Position numbers and translations under genes: made by a program
DNA from: an uncultured virus (IMG/VR IMGVR_UViG_3300005201_000027)
Taxonomy: Duplodnaviria > Heunggongvirae > Uroviricota > Caudoviricetes
Virus record (IMG/VR): IMGVR_UViG_3300005201_000027
DNA length: 64,000 bases
Strand: one strand, 5' to 3'
Part shown: piece by piece, positions 40,426 to 51,555 of the stretch
How positions within the stretch are numbered: the stretch's first letter is position 1
Layout of the letters: every line of letters begins with the position of its first letter
Notes under the pieces: generated by a model
The model's database searches: none
What the model was told of the DNA's origin: nothing
Seen by the model: the letters and a program-made list of their open reading frames with translations, nothing else

Positions 40426-40758
40426 ATGACACCATTAAAAATTAAAGATAGAGACGGAGATGTGTTGGAACTGATAAATGGAAATGAGAGTGTTCAAAGG
40501 TATGTTGGTAAGGGTGCGGTGTACATGTGTGTTGGAAGAGATGATGGGGGTTATTATGGCATTTACCTAGACTGTGAAGACCAGAAACTGCTCCACAATT
40601 ACCTAGCTGATAATCTTGGTCTAAACAACGGTGACGATGAGGGTTATACCGAAATTGAACTTAGTGATTCAGATTTAAGGTTATCCAAATCACTTGGCGA
40701 AGTTGCTTCCCTTACAATTGATGTTGAAAACGGTAAGTACCACGTCCGATACAAGTAG
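40426..40758 (+). CDS. Hypothetical protein
   Basis: ORF with RBS GGAAGGA before MTPLKIKD. Confidence 0.6.
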   Translation: MTPLKIKDRDGDVLELINGNESVQRYVGKGAVYMCVGRDDGGYYGIYLDCEDQKLLHNYLADNLGLNNGDDEGYTEIELSDSDLRLSKSLGEVASLTIDVENGKYHVRYK

Positions 40759-40766
40759 GTAGCCCC

Positions 40767-42851
40767 ATGCTTAAATCAAAACTACCTAATCCAAACGAGT
40801 TGGAGCAAGCGCATAAAGCCAATTCAGCTAAAGTCAAACAAGCTAAAACTAAAAAAGCTCCCCTAACATTAGAAGAAGCTTGGAAGAAGATTGGCAACAT
40901 GGCTAATAGCGAACCCGATAAAGTTAAACTGCGTGAAGTCTATATTGCTATGCGTGAGGGAAAGATTATGCGTGAGAGTGACGATAAGACTTTCACCAAA
41001 GCAGAAGCACTAAGATTGTGGGTAGAATTGAATGCAATCACTAGGCAGGAACGGCTAGATGAATTGGTAGCTAAGACACCTGATAACTACATCTTAGTGA
41101 CAGAATTACAGCAACTGCACGCTTTAACTAATGAGTTTGAGAAGTTGGAGATAATTGCAGTGGATACAGAAACAACAGGAGTAAATGTTTGGCGAGACGA
41201 GTTGGTTGGAATTTCTTTGACTAACCCCGTTGCGGATAGTCATTACTATATCCCGATTAATCACAATGAGTTTGGATTCATCAATACCGATAATTGGGAT
41301 ATGGCACATGAATTTATCGACTGGATATTATCACGTCCTACCGCTAAGGTCTTCCACAACGCTATCTTTGACTTACACATTCTTAGAAATGCTGGATTTA
41401 CAGTTAACGGAGATATTCATGACACGTTAATAGCATTCCATTTGCTTAATGAAAATGAGCCAAGCTTTAGATTAAAAGATTTAGCAACAAAATACTTGAA
41501 ACAACCTAGCGATACCTTTGATACATTATTCGGAAAAGATTGCAAGTTTAACGAAGTGGAATTAAAGTATGCTAGGTATTATGCCATTCATGATACTAAG
41601 CTCACCTACGATTTGTTTGAGTATTGCAAGAAATATCTAATAGCTACCGATATTTGGAATTATTACGAAACGGTAGAGCAACCTTTGATTCGAGTTGTAG
41701 AAAGAATGGAGCAAGAGGGATTTAAAGTAGATGTCGAAGAACTCCATACGCAAATCGTAGATACAAGAACTAGAATCAAAGAACTGGAATCCGAATTGAA
41801 GCAAGAATTAAGCGAGATTAATTTCAATTCCACCCAACAACTGCAACAAGCATTAGGAAATCTTGGAATTATGGTTACATCTACTTCAAAAGATGAATTA
41901 AAGAAATGGTCAGACAAAGCGATTATCGAAAAGATTCTTGAATACAAAGGTCTGATTAAGCACTTAACAGGATTCTTGGAAAAAGTACCTAGTATGATTC
42001 AAGATGATGGCAAGATTCATCCTAGCTATAATGCTAACGGAACTGTGACAGGTAGATTCTCTAGCCGTAATCCTAATGCACAGCAGCTACCAAAAGAAGC
42101 TAGGAAGATTTATAAAGTAGATGATAATAGCCTTATCTGTGGGATTGACTATTCGGCACAAGAAATTAGAATGCTAACACACTTCACACAAGAACCATTT
42201 CTTATAGAAGTCTACGAAAATGGTAGGGATTTTTATTCAGAAGTTGCTTCTAAAGTATTCAAAAAGCCAGTGGAGGAGTGCTTAGGACAATCGCCTTACC
42301 GTAAAAAGGCTAAGGTTTTGACATTAGCAATCCTTTATGGCATGTCTGCTAAAGCATTAGGAGTAAGTCTAGGTACGGATAAAAAAGAAGCGCAAAAAAT
42401 TATGGATGAATTTTATGATAACTTCACTAGGATTAAAGAGTGGATGGAGTCTAATTTAGAATTTTGCAAGAGAAATCTATTTGTGAAAATGCCCTACGGA
42501 CGTAAACGTAGGTTACCTAAAATTAATTCTAGGGATTATAGTGAGAAATCTCGTAGTGCTAGACAAGCATCTGCAAACGCTATTATACAAGGTGCATCAG
42601 CTATTCAAACTAAATTATCCTTAATCGAATTGGATAGATATTGTCAATCTAAGAAATTACAGGGAAGAAGTTTTGCACTCTTAGCGACAGTCCATGATGA
42701 GAATTTAATCCGAGTTCCTGTTGACGTTACGGAGTTGGAGATAAAAGAATTAGAGGATATTATGATTAATGCTTTTCCTCTATCAATTCCAGTAGCAGTA
42801 GATACAGAGTGGGCGAAACGTTGGGGTGATTTTCCATCGTTTTGGGAATAA
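40767..42851 (+). CDS. polA: DNA polymerase family A with 3'-5' exonuclease
   Basis: AVDTETTG, HNAIFD, TGRFSSRNPN, DYSAQEIR, K.LTLAILYG, VHDE. Confidence 0.95.
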   Translation: MLKSKLPNPNELEQAHKANSAKVKQAKTKKAPLTLEEAWKKIGNMANSEPDKVKLREVYIAMREGKIMRESDDKTFTKAEALRLWVELNAITRQERLDELVAKTPDNYILVTELQQLHALTNEFEKLEIIAVDTETTGVNVWRDELVGISLTNPVADSHYYIPINHNEFGFINTDNWDMAHEFIDWILSRPTAKVFHNAIFDLHILRNAGFTVNGDIHDTLIAFHLLNENEPSFRLKDLATKYLKQPSDTFDTLFGKDCKFNEVELKYARYYAIHDTKLTYDLFEYCKKYLIATDIWNYYETVEQPLIRVVERMEQEGFKVDVEELHTQIVDTRTRIKELESELKQELSEINFNSTQQLQQALGNLGIMVTSTSKDELKKWSDKAIIEKILEYKGLIKHLTGFLEKVPSMIQDDGKIHPSYNANGTVTGRFSSRNPNAQQLPKEARKIYKVDDNSLICGIDYSAQEIRMLTHFTQEPFLIEVYENGRDFYSEVASKVFKKPVEECLGQSPYRKKAKVLTLAILYGMSAKALGVSLGTDKKEAQKIMDEFYDNFTRIKEWMESNLEFCKRNLFVKMPYGRKRRLPKINSRDYSEKSRSARQASANAIIQGASAIQTKLSLIELDRYCQSKKLQGRSFALLATVHDENLIRVPVDVTELEIKELEDIMINAFPLSIPVAVDTEWAKRWGDFPSFWE

Positions 42852-43066
42852 GGAGGTTATCTAAATTGGAGAAAGAAATGAAACTAGGATATAGTACCAT
42901 GCACGAGAGATACACGTTACATACAAAGGGTCACATTATCCAATACAACGAAGAGGAACTCATAGAATTGTTCACATTGTTGGCAAAAGAGAAGTTCGGA
43001 TATACTGATGCAGATTTGTATGAAACGTTTGGATTTTAAAATTTCAAAAAAGGGGAGTAATACGAG

Positions 43067-43444
43067 TTGAAGCAAATTGACGCAGAGAGCTCATTAGAGA
43101 GTATGAAGAAGAAGTTATACGTAGAGTACAAAAGAAACGCTAAACGTAGAAATTGTTATTGGGGCATTACACAAGAAGAATTTTACCCATTCTTATCACA
43201 ACCTTGTTATTACTGTGGAGCAAAACCTAGTAACACGTTTACATCAGAGCGTGGAGATAACCTAGCTCTTAGATACAGTGGTATTGACCGTATGGATAAT
43301 AACAAAGGATACGTAAAGGGGAATTTGTGTGCCAGCTGTAAAGATTGCAATACTAAGAAATCCAACGACAGTTACGATGCTTTCTTTGAATGGGCTAGAA
43401 AAATAGTAGCAAGAGATAATTTGCGCAAAGAGGTGAATCAATGA
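43067..43444 (+). CDS. HNH-like zinc endonuclease
   Basis: CYYCG...GIDRMDNNKGY..GN...CKDCN. Confidence 0.8.
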   Translation: MKQIDAESSLESMKKKLYVEYKRNAKRRNCYWGITQEEFYPFLSQPCYYCGAKPSNTFTSERGDNLALRYSGIDRMDNNKGYVKGNLCASCKDCNTKKSNDSYDAFFEWARKIVARDNLRKEVNQ

Positions 43445-43932
43445 TTTTATTAGCAATCGACCCATCATTGAGACAAACGGGTTATTCAATACTTGATTTA
43501 AACGAGGAAACACGTAAGATTGACCTGATTCACAAGGGTACAATCAATACAGATAGCGATACCTCATTGGGTTCATGTCTTTGGTATGCTAAGGAGAAGT
43601 TACAAGATTTGATTGATGAATTTCAGCCAAATATTATTGTGCAAGAAGCAATCCACGTAGGGTTCGCCAACGCTGTTCCCAGCCAGTGGGGGTTAAATGG
43701 AATTATCCATCTGGTCGCATTCAGTAACGTAATCCCTTTGTACGGAATTAGAGCAAGCACAATTAGTAAATTAATTACAGGTGACGGAAAACCGCCTAAA
43801 GGTCAGCGTAAGAAATTATTACGGGAAAACCTTTACAAATGGGTGGGCGCACATCATTATAATACGTGGGACGAAAGCGATAGCGTTTCAGTGGGAATCG
43901 CACATTGTATACAGGAGGGAATGGTAGATTGA
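43441..43932 (+). CDS. ruvC: Holliday junction resolvase
   Basis: LAIDPSLRQTGY, IVQE, K.ITGDG, DESDS. Confidence 0.88.
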   Translation: MILLAIDPSLRQTGYSILDLNEETRKIDLIHKGTINTDSDTSLGSCLWYAKEKLQDLIDEFQPNIIVQEAIHVGFANAVPSQWGLNGIIHLVAFSNVIPLYGIRASTISKLITGDGKPPKGQRKKLLRENLYKWVGAHHYNTWDESDSVSVGIAHCIQEGMVD

Positions 43933-45542
43933 AATCACATGAAAGACAAGAAGTATACGAAATATATGGGACTAAAGAAGAAGCATTAAATCATTACAAC
44001 GAATATTTATCAAACTTGTTAAAAGATGATTTTAATACAGTTGATGGAAAAGTAAGTCCAACATGGGTTGCTTACGAGATGTTCAATGAATTTGGTGACC
44101 GATTCTTAGAATACATTGATAAAGATATCATGGACGTGACAGTAGATATTGATTGGGAGATTAACGGAAAGGATATCTATACACCTGATGCGAATGGTGA
44201 CTGCACCTGTGGGTGTAAGAATTTAGATACAACCGCTTATGACCACCCTTTCCCTACTCGTGGATTCTACGGTCTACCTGACTCTAGCCGTGTCAAATTA
44301 CCTCAACGTGGTACATCAGGAAGTGCTTGCTACGACTTTTTCTCACCGATTGATATTACCATTCCTGCATGGGATACGGTTAAGATTGCTTCAAAGGTTG
44401 TAGCATATATGCAAGACGATGAAGTATTAGTAATGCACGTTCGGTCAAGTATGGGCATGAAAGGCATTCAGCTAACTAATGTGACTGCCATTATAGACGC
44501 TAGGTGATTTTATGCTTAAATTATGCAAAGTCTGTGGAGTAGAATTTGATGCAGTATTTGAGAGAGTTCAATGTTGTTCAATTAAGTGTAGAGGGATATC
44601 CCAACGAAAACCCGATAATTGTTGGTGTGAGGTTTGTGGAAAGGGGATACGGAAGAAGCCTTATATTTTAGCACAGCTGAAAAACCCACCAACTTGTTCT
44701 TATGAATGTTGCTACATCTTACGTTCCGAACTTATGCGAGGAGAAAATAATCATCAACACGGACTAAAAGGAAGTCTTAATTCAAGTTGGAAGCAAGACC
44801 GAAAACTAAGTAATTATGGCTACTGGTTAGTTCGAGATTTGAACCATCCTTTTGGTCAATATGATGGGTACGTTCGTGAGCATAGATTGGTCGTAGAGAG
44901 AGATGGCAAACAGTTAAACGAGGAAAACTCGATAGAGATAGATGGAAAAAGGTTTCTTAAAAGGGAATACCATGTACATCATATTGACGAAAACAAACAA
45001 AACAACAACATTGAAAACTTGAAAGTACTACATATAAATGAACATATGATATTGCACAAAAGCAAAAACAAAAAATTGGTGTCTTAAAATCGGGTGAATT
45101 GCGGGAAACCCCTTAGAGACTTTACTACTAAACTATTGTGGTAACACAAATAGTGGCAAGACTAACTACCTTGGTATAGTAAAAATGTAAAGGATTGGGA
45201 AATCCGCATCTAAGCACCTAGTAGCTAAGAAGCTAGGTGAAAGTTCAGAGCATAGAGCGTGAGTAAGCTAACAATAACCGCTCCACGAGTGCCCGACACT
45301 TTACGTGAAGATGTATGCCGAACTTGCGTGAAAACGTAAGAAGTTAGGATAAAAACCCTAACGATAACATTTTGGATTTCGGAGAAGAAATTACAATCAG
45401 TCTTGATAATACATCTGACACCGATTACGTTATTAACAAAGGTGACCGCATTGCACAAGGGTTGTTCCAAAAGTATTTATTAGCAGATGATGACAACGTT
45501 ACGAAAAAAAGAGTTGGCGGTATCGGGTCAACAGGAAAGTAG
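43929..45542 (+). CDS. dut: dUTPase with N-terminal extension, spliced: exon 1 43929-44501, exon 2 45375-45542
   Basis: Motifs SACYD, RSS, IIDA|DF (split), GDRIAQ, RVGGIGSTG. Confidence 0.9.
44502..45374 (+). mobile_element. Group I intron in dUTPase gene with endonuclease ORF in the P1 loop
   Basis: P1 AGACGCT/GGTGTCT (45078-45084), P10 AAATT/GATTT, AATTGCGGGAAA / AATCCGCATC (P4), P7 GAGCATA/TATGCC, terminal G45374. Confidence 0.9.
44512..45087 (+). CDS. Intron-encoded zinc-finger HNH endonuclease
   Basis: CxxC repeats, YVREHRLV, VHHIDENKQNNNIENL. Confidence 0.88.
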   Translation: MLKLCKVCGVEFDAVFERVQCCSIKCRGISQRKPDNCWCEVCGKGIRKKPYILAQLKNPPTCSYECCYILRSELMRGENNHQHGLKGSLNSSWKQDRKLSNYGYWLVRDLNHPFGQYDGYVREHRLVVERDGKQLNEENSIEIDGKRFLKREYHVHHIDENKQNNNIENLKVLHINEHMILHKSKNKKLVS

Positions 45543-45552
45543 GTTTAAAATT

Positions 45553-47649
45553 ATGAGTATTTTTTTAGAACTCAACGCTAGTATCACGAAGCGTAGAGAA
45601 GACGGTTTTTTTGACCTTGATAAAGACAAGGAAGCTGTAAAGGAATATATGAAACACGTTAAGGAAAACTCTATGAAGTTTCCTGATAGTATCACTAGGC
45701 TTAGATGGTTGGTTGATAATAATTATTATTACAACGTGTTTGAGAAGTACTCAGAGGAAGAGTTGATAGATTTTATTTTCAATACAATTGCGGAGATGCC
45801 TGTGGAACACCACGATAGCTTTATGGGCGCTTCTGCTTTTTATCAAGATTACGCACTAAAGACCAATGACAAAAAGATGTGGCTAGAAAATTACAGAGAG
45901 CATTGCCAAATTGTGGCTCTATATTTAGCAGATGGTAACATTGATTATGCCCTAAATTTAGCTGAAATTATGCTCAAAAAGCAGTACACACCTGCCACAC
46001 CAGTATTTACAAACGCTGGGCGCAAACGTGGTGGAATGCTAATCTCATGTTTCCTTTTATCCGTTGATGATAGCTTGAATGCAATATTTAATAGCATCTC
46101 AACTAGCGCACAGTTGTCTAAAGTAGGAGGTGGAGTAGCCGTAAATCTTTCTAATATTCGTGCTATGGGGTCTACTATCAAGGATATCGAGGGTGTAGCT
46201 AGTGGGGTAATCCCTGTTACTAAACTACTTGAAGATACTTTTTCATACGCAAATCAATTAGGGACACGTCCCGGAGCTGGAGTTGCTAATCTTAACATAT
46301 TTCATCGGGATATACTAGATTTTTTAGGCACGAAAAAAATAAACACTGACGAAAAGACTAGACTTAAAACTCTATCTATAGGACTAATCGTGCCCGACTT
46401 GTTTATTGAACTAGTTAAAGAGAACGCAGATATCTTTACGTTCGACCCTTACGAGGTTAAAAAGATTACTGGTAATGATTTTGATTCAATCATTTGGACA
46501 AAAGAACTGTATGCACTACTACTGTTTAAGGGTGCAGGTAAGAAGCTAGATTTAACAGCTAGACAATTACTCACAGAGATTGAGAAAACTAGGTTAGAAT
46601 CAGGATACCCTTACTATACGTTTATTGATAATGCCAACAAAGCACATAACCTAAATGGATTAGGAATGATTAAGCAGTCAAATTTATGTCAAGAGATATT
46701 CGAGTTACAAGAAACAACTGTAATCAAAGACGTAGGCGAAGCTACTGATTATAAGCGTGACGTTCTATGTAATCTCGGCTCATTAAGTATTCCGCAAGTT
46801 ATGAAATCAGGAGATTTTCCAAAGATTGTGGGAACTGCTATTAGAGCATTATCCCAAGTAAGTAAAATCACGCATATCCCTAACGCTCCGACAATCAACA
46901 ATGCTAATGATTCTTTACACGCAGTCGGTCTCGGGGCAATGGGATTACATGGTTATCTAGCAAGCGTTGGAATCAATTACGAATCAGATGAAGCTAAAGA
47001 TTTTGCAGATGTGTTCTTTGCAACAGTTAGATATTACGCTATTAGGGAATCAATGTTAATCGCTAAGGAACTGGGCGAAACATTTGATGGATTTAATAAA
47101 TCTGATTATGCTAACGGTAAAGTTTTTGAACCCTACATTGACACATACTATGAAGCTAATTCAATCAAAGTAGCAGAATTGTTTAAAGATATCCATATCC
47201 CTACTTGTGTAGATTGGGCAAGGTTGAAATCAGATGTTAATAAATACGGTATGTACAACGGATACCTTATGGCATGTGCCCCAAATGCAAGCATCTCATA
47301 CTTATTTGGAATAACACCTAGCATCATGCCAATTAATCAAAAGATAGAAACACGCACTAAAGGAAACCGCACTACTTACTTCCCTATGCCTAATCTATCT
47401 CCAACCACGCAGTGGTATTATAAAGAAGCACACAACATTGACCAATACAAACTAATCGACTTAGTAGCAACGATTCAAAAACACGTTGACCAAGGGATTA
47501 GCTGTACACTATTTGCACCACGAGACGTGAGCACAAGAGATTTAGCCAAATATGCTGTATATGCGCACAAGAAAGGATTAAAGAGCTTGTATTACTTGCG
47601 TGTTTATAACAGTGGTGATATCGCTGAATGCCTATCGTGTAGCGTGTAA
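45553..47649 (+). CDS. nrdE: Ribonucleotide reductase class Ib alpha subunit
   Basis: PATP, LISCF, SNLCQEI, APNASIS, KSLYY, C-terminal CLSCSV. Confidence 0.95.
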   Translation: MSIFLELNASITKRREDGFFDLDKDKEAVKEYMKHVKENSMKFPDSITRLRWLVDNNYYYNVFEKYSEEELIDFIFNTIAEMPVEHHDSFMGASAFYQDYALKTNDKKMWLENYREHCQIVALYLADGNIDYALNLAEIMLKKQYTPATPVFTNAGRKRGGMLISCFLLSVDDSLNAIFNSISTSAQLSKVGGGVAVNLSNIRAMGSTIKDIEGVASGVIPVTKLLEDTFSYANQLGTRPGAGVANLNIFHRDILDFLGTKKINTDEKTRLKTLSIGLIVPDLFIELVKENADIFTFDPYEVKKITGNDFDSIIWTKELYALLLFKGAGKKLDLTARQLLTEIEKTRLESGYPYYTFIDNANKAHNLNGLGMIKQSNLCQEIFELQETTVIKDVGEATDYKRDVLCNLGSLSIPQVMKSGDFPKIVGTAIRALSQVSKITHIPNAPTINNANDSLHAVGLGAMGLHGYLASVGINYESDEAKDFADVFFATVRYYAIRESMLIAKELGETFDGFNKSDYANGKVFEPYIDTYYEANSIKVAELFKDIHIPTCVDWARLKSDVNKYGMYNGYLMACAPNASISYLFGITPSIMPINQKIETRTKGNRTTYFPMPNLSPTTQWYYKEAHNIDQYKLIDLVATIQKHVDQGISCTLFAPRDVSTRDLAKYAVYAHKKGLKSLYYLRVYNSGDIAECLSCSV

Positions 47650-47697
47650 GATTGAAATTAAGAGGTGCTAATGCTCCTCAGAATGAGGTGATTCAAA

Positions 47698-48072
47698 TTG
47701 TTAATAGCATTTGATAGCCGAACTGGTAACATCAAAAGGTTTGTCCGAAAATTAGATTTAGATTATGTTGACATCAATAATTTAGAAAAAGATTTGGACA
47801 ATCCTTTTTTGCTTGTTACTTATACAGATTCGGTAGGTAAAGTACCACCAACTACTGCTAAATTCCTACGCACGCATAAGCACCTATGCGTAGGTGTAGC
47901 AGGTAGCGGAAATAAAAATTGGGGCTGTCACTACAATAAAGCAGTAGATATAATCAGCAACAAATTAAAAGTACCGATTGTCCATAAATTTGAATTATCA
48001 GGTACGAAAGAAGATTTAGAAATAGTAGGGAGTTGGATTAAGAATTATGAGCAATTACTACAAAACACCTAA
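47698..48072 (+). CDS. nrdI: NrdI flavodoxin
   Basis: DSRTGNIKRF, GSGNKNWG, KFELSGT. Confidence 0.93.
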   Translation: MLIAFDSRTGNIKRFVRKLDLDYVDINNLEKDLDNPFLLVTYTDSVGKVPPTTAKFLRTHKHLCVGVAGSGNKNWGCHYNKAVDIISNKLKVPIVHKFELSGTKEDLEIVGSWIKNYEQLLQNT

Positions 48073-49030
48073 AGCAGTTAATTGGAACAGTCCTAGTGAT
48101 AATGTTTCTGAAATGGTTTGGGAAACGCAGGTAACTCAATTTTGGTTGCCAATGGAGATTAGTGTCAGCAAAGATAAGCAAGACTGGCTAGAATTAACAG
48201 TAGCCGAACGTGAAGTTTTCAAAAAAGTACTAGTGGGTCTTACTATGCTTGACTCTAAACAAGGTGGAGAAACAATGGCAATCATACCGTTGCACATAAA
48301 TGACCCTATCCAAAAGGCAGTATTAATCTCATTTGCATTTTTCGAGCAAATTCACGCTAAAAGCTACTCGAATATTTTCTCAACACTAATCCCAACTAAT
48401 GAAATTGAAGAATTGTTTGAGTGGGTAGAAACAAATGAGTTTATTAAATTTAAATCAACTGCTATTACTGAGGTGACATTGCAACTCCTCACACTCTATC
48501 CAAATCCTGTTGATATCTATTTAGCTATGTGCGCTTCTGTATTCTTAGAATCATTCTTATTTTACAGTGGGTTCTTCTATCCCTTGTACCTAGGCGGTAA
48601 AGGTAAAATGGTAGCGAGTGCGGAAATGATTAGACTTATCGTTCGTGACGAAAATATCCACGGAACATTTACAGGAGTTTTAGCACAAAATCTATACGAA
48701 AAACTTACCCTAGAGGAAAAGAGTAGAGCTACGGAATATCGAGATAAATTATTTCACGAGCTTTACCCTAATGAAGTCGAATACACTGAATTTATTTATT
48801 CTCCTATCGGATTAGAGCAAGAAGTAATTGAGTTCCTGAAATATAATGCTAATAAAGCTTACATGAATTTGGGATTAGAGCCTGTATTTGATAACGTTTC
48901 AATCAATCCCATTGTTGAAAATTCCTTAAATACAGAAAGTAGCACAATGGACTTTTTCAGCGTGAAAGGCAATAGTTACGTTAAAGCAAGTGTTGTGGAG
49001 GATTTAAATGACGACGACTTCGACTTCTAA
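48047..49030 (+). CDS. nrdF: Ribonucleotide reductase class Ib beta subunit
   Basis: KAVNWN, QFWLP, EQIHAKSY, RDENIH, DFFS. Confidence 0.95.
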   Translation: MSNYYKTPKAVNWNSPSDNVSEMVWETQVTQFWLPMEISVSKDKQDWLELTVAEREVFKKVLVGLTMLDSKQGGETMAIIPLHINDPIQKAVLISFAFFEQIHAKSYSNIFSTLIPTNEIEELFEWVETNEFIKFKSTAITEVTLQLLTLYPNPVDIYLAMCASVFLESFLFYSGFFYPLYLGGKGKMVASAEMIRLIVRDENIHGTFTGVLAQNLYEKLTLEEKSRATEYRDKLFHELYPNEVEYTEFIYSPIGLEQEVIEFLKYNANKAYMNLGLEPVFDNVSINPIVENSLNTESSTMDFFSVKGNSYVKASVVEDLNDDDFDF

Positions 49031-49311
49031 ACTTAAATGGATTTGTATGACATTGCTTAACGTTGCAATAGTAACAGGAATAATCTTTGCTAGAAATAAT
49101 AACAGAAACGAGGTATCAACAATGAACACCACCCCACATAACCTAGGAGGAGTAGCACACTTTACAGTACCGTTTAGTTTCATTGAAATAGAGCTACGGT
49201 ATTGGCCAATTACTAAATTTAACCAGTTGGAATTAGTTGACATTCAGGGTAATTCACACTTTGTTGATAAATCTCATGTAATCATTACTCATTACAGGTC
49301 GGAGGAATCCG

Positions 49312-49860
49312 ATGGGAATTAAAATTGCACTTACAGGATTCAGCGGAAGCGGTAAAGACACCATAGCTGAAATTATGCGAGAAGTATTAGCCGAACACGA
49401 TAAGAATATTTTTCGCCTATCCTTTGGCGACGGAATGAAGCAAGCTTTTTTCAATCTGTTCCCACACATCTCACCAGACCCTAAGCCTACTGCTGATTTT
49501 GTTAAATTTGGTACCGCTATGCGTGAAATTGATTCTAAAATTTGGGTCAAGAAATTAGAAGAACGCTATCACCTAACTAATCTCAACAACCAGACTAATT
49601 TTGTCATTACCGATTTGCGTAATGAAGATGAATACGACTGGTGCGTAAAGAATGGATTTAAGATTGTCTTAGTAATCTGTAAAGACGATATTAGAAACAA
49701 TCGTTGTGCGGAACGTGGGGATAGGGAAGTACTGAAAAATAACATAGCAGAAACATTTATCTCAAAAATGCTCCTAGATGATGAAATCATTAATCAAGGT
49801 AGCATCCAAGATTTAAAGCACGAGGTGCGTAAAATGCTATGGCGACAGGGGTTGAGTTAA
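49312..49860 (+). CDS. Deoxynucleoside monophosphate kinase
   Basis: GFSGSGKDT, SFGD, ITDLR. Confidence 0.82.
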   Translation: MGIKIALTGFSGSGKDTIAEIMREVLAEHDKNIFRLSFGDGMKQAFFNLFPHISPDPKPTADFVKFGTAMREIDSKIWVKKLEERYHLTNLNNQTNFVITDLRNEDEYDWCVKNGFKIVLVICKDDIRNNRCAERGDREVLKNNIAETFISKMLLDDEIINQGSIQDLKHEVRKMLWRQGLS

Positions 49861-50984
49861 TGGAATTGACAAAAGGATTTAACGACAGTGAATTTGCAGA
49901 TAGCAGTTATTCGCACACTGCAAGAACTGCCCAAAAGATTGCTGATAAATTTATCGACCACTTGAATGAGTTCCATACGCTTAACATTCCTGAAAATGAG
50001 GCGGTGCTAAAGGATTTGTATACTTCATATATTGAAGCATTTGATAATCCATTCAAGCTACCTATTGGTCACAAGGATATTCCGATGTTTCGCCCATCTG
50101 GTTTAGGTGGGTGTCCGTTAGAACACTATCATAGATTATCGGGTAGCAAGTCCGATTACAAAGATGATTACAAGGAAATTCCCTACCAAAAGCGTTGGAA
50201 AGATATCGGGACTTCTTTAGGGGACTTAGTACAGAAGTGGGTGTTAGAAACATCTGCTTACTACAATAATCCTACATTTAAATTCGAAGCTAGTCCTCAC
50301 TTTACAGCTCCGCACTTTGAACAATTCTCTACTATATCTAAAGTGTTCGAACATAACGGTAAAGTATTCCGCTTACAAGGCTCTACCGATGGTATTATGA
50401 TTTACACCAACGAATATGGCGAAAGATTGCGAGTAGGGTTGGAAGTAAAATCTAAGCAAACCTCATATGCAGTAACTTCTATGCGAAACATGATAGCGCC
50501 AAATGCTAAACACGTCACTCAAATTACAGGGTATAGCCTAATGTTTGATGTAGATTACTGGATTATCCTGTACGTAAATGGCTCTAAAATGTCGTGGACA
50601 ATGGATGAAACCAACATTACCAAATACCCTGACATTAGAGCGTTTGGGGTATACGTGACGGAAGATATGAAACAAGAGGCTTTGGATAAAATGGCTACAA
50701 TTCTCGATAACGTCTACACACAAACTCCACCTAAGATGGATTTAGACGGTTGGACATTCAATAATTACAAAGAAGCCATTGCTAAATCTTTGTCAGAAGA
50801 CGAACTGCAAGAGATTAAATCCAATTTTGAAGAAATGCCTAAACATATCGTTACCATCAAAACAGGTAAAGAGAGAGCTAACGCTAAACGCAATCAATTA
50901 GAAAAAATCTATAACGAAATCTTAGAAAAACGTGGGGGAAATACTGGTGACGGAACATACAAAAGAAGTTTATCGGAAGATTAA
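49860..50984 (+). CDS. PD-(D/E)XK (Cas4-like) exonuclease
   Basis: GSTDG...LEVKS...Q..GYS. Confidence 0.75.
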   Translation: MELTKGFNDSEFADSSYSHTARTAQKIADKFIDHLNEFHTLNIPENEAVLKDLYTSYIEAFDNPFKLPIGHKDIPMFRPSGLGGCPLEHYHRLSGSKSDYKDDYKEIPYQKRWKDIGTSLGDLVQKWVLETSAYYNNPTFKFEASPHFTAPHFEQFSTISKVFEHNGKVFRLQGSTDGIMIYTNEYGERLRVGLEVKSKQTSYAVTSMRNMIAPNAKHVTQITGYSLMFDVDYWIILYVNGSKMSWTMDETNITKYPDIRAFGVYVTEDMKQEALDKMATILDNVYTQTPPKMDLDGWTFNNYKEAIAKSLSEDELQEIKSNFEEMPKHIVTIKTGKERANAKRNQLEKIYNEILEKRGGNTGDGTYKRSLSED

Positions 50985-51195
50985 AAATAATACACCGCTT
51001 ATGCCTATGCAAAAGGTTATAATCGAACTACATTATGGATTTAAGAAGAAGCCTATGCCATTAGAAGAAATAGCAGAACAACTTAATATGAGTTTATTAG
51101 GAGTATCTGTTAATCACGATATGGCTATACGGACTATGCGCAACACCGCTAAAGAATTAAATCTTAGTTGGAGAGGAGTAAATCTAAATGCTTAA
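50932..51195 (+). CDS. Sigma-70 region 4-like HTH protein
   Basis: QKVIIELHYG...LEEIAEQLNMS...AIRTMR. Confidence 0.75.
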   Translation: MGEILVTEHTKEVYRKIKNNTPLMPMQKVIIELHYGFKKKPMPLEEIAEQLNMSLLGVSVNHDMAIRTMRNTAKELNLSWRGVNLNA

Positions 51196-51362
51196 AGTAA
51201 TCGTATCAAGCCTATTAACAACCGTATTAATTTTCACGTTAATCACAATTGGTTATAATATCTTGCTTCTTTTTATCGCTAGGGGAGTGGTAGTAAATAT
51301 CATTCTAAATATACTAGCAATTGGTGGGTTAGCTTTCTTAGCCACTCTTGCAGAAGAACAGT

Positions 51363-51550
51363 AAACAAAATAAAAAAATCCTAGTANNNNNNNNNNNNNN
51401 NNNNNNNNNNNNNNNNNNNNNNNNNNNNNNNNNNNNNNNNNNNNNNNNNNNNNNNNNNNNNNNNNNNNNNNNNNNNNNNNNNNNNNNNNNNNNNNNNNNN
51501 NNNNNNNNNNNNNNNNNNNNNNNNNNTACTAGGATTTTTTTATTTTGTTT
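51363..51550. repeat. Inverted repeat flanking an assembly gap (likely bidirectional terminator)
   Basis: 24-bp AAACAAAATAAAAAAATCCTAGTA and its complement on either side of the N run, between convergent genes. Confidence 0.65.
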
Positions 51551-51555
51551 TTATA

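Noticed and set aside
51363..51550. Inverted repeat around the N gap as a hairpin telomere
   Set aside because: Symmetry ends after 24 bp, it lies between convergent genes, and no protelomerase is seen; gap content is unknown
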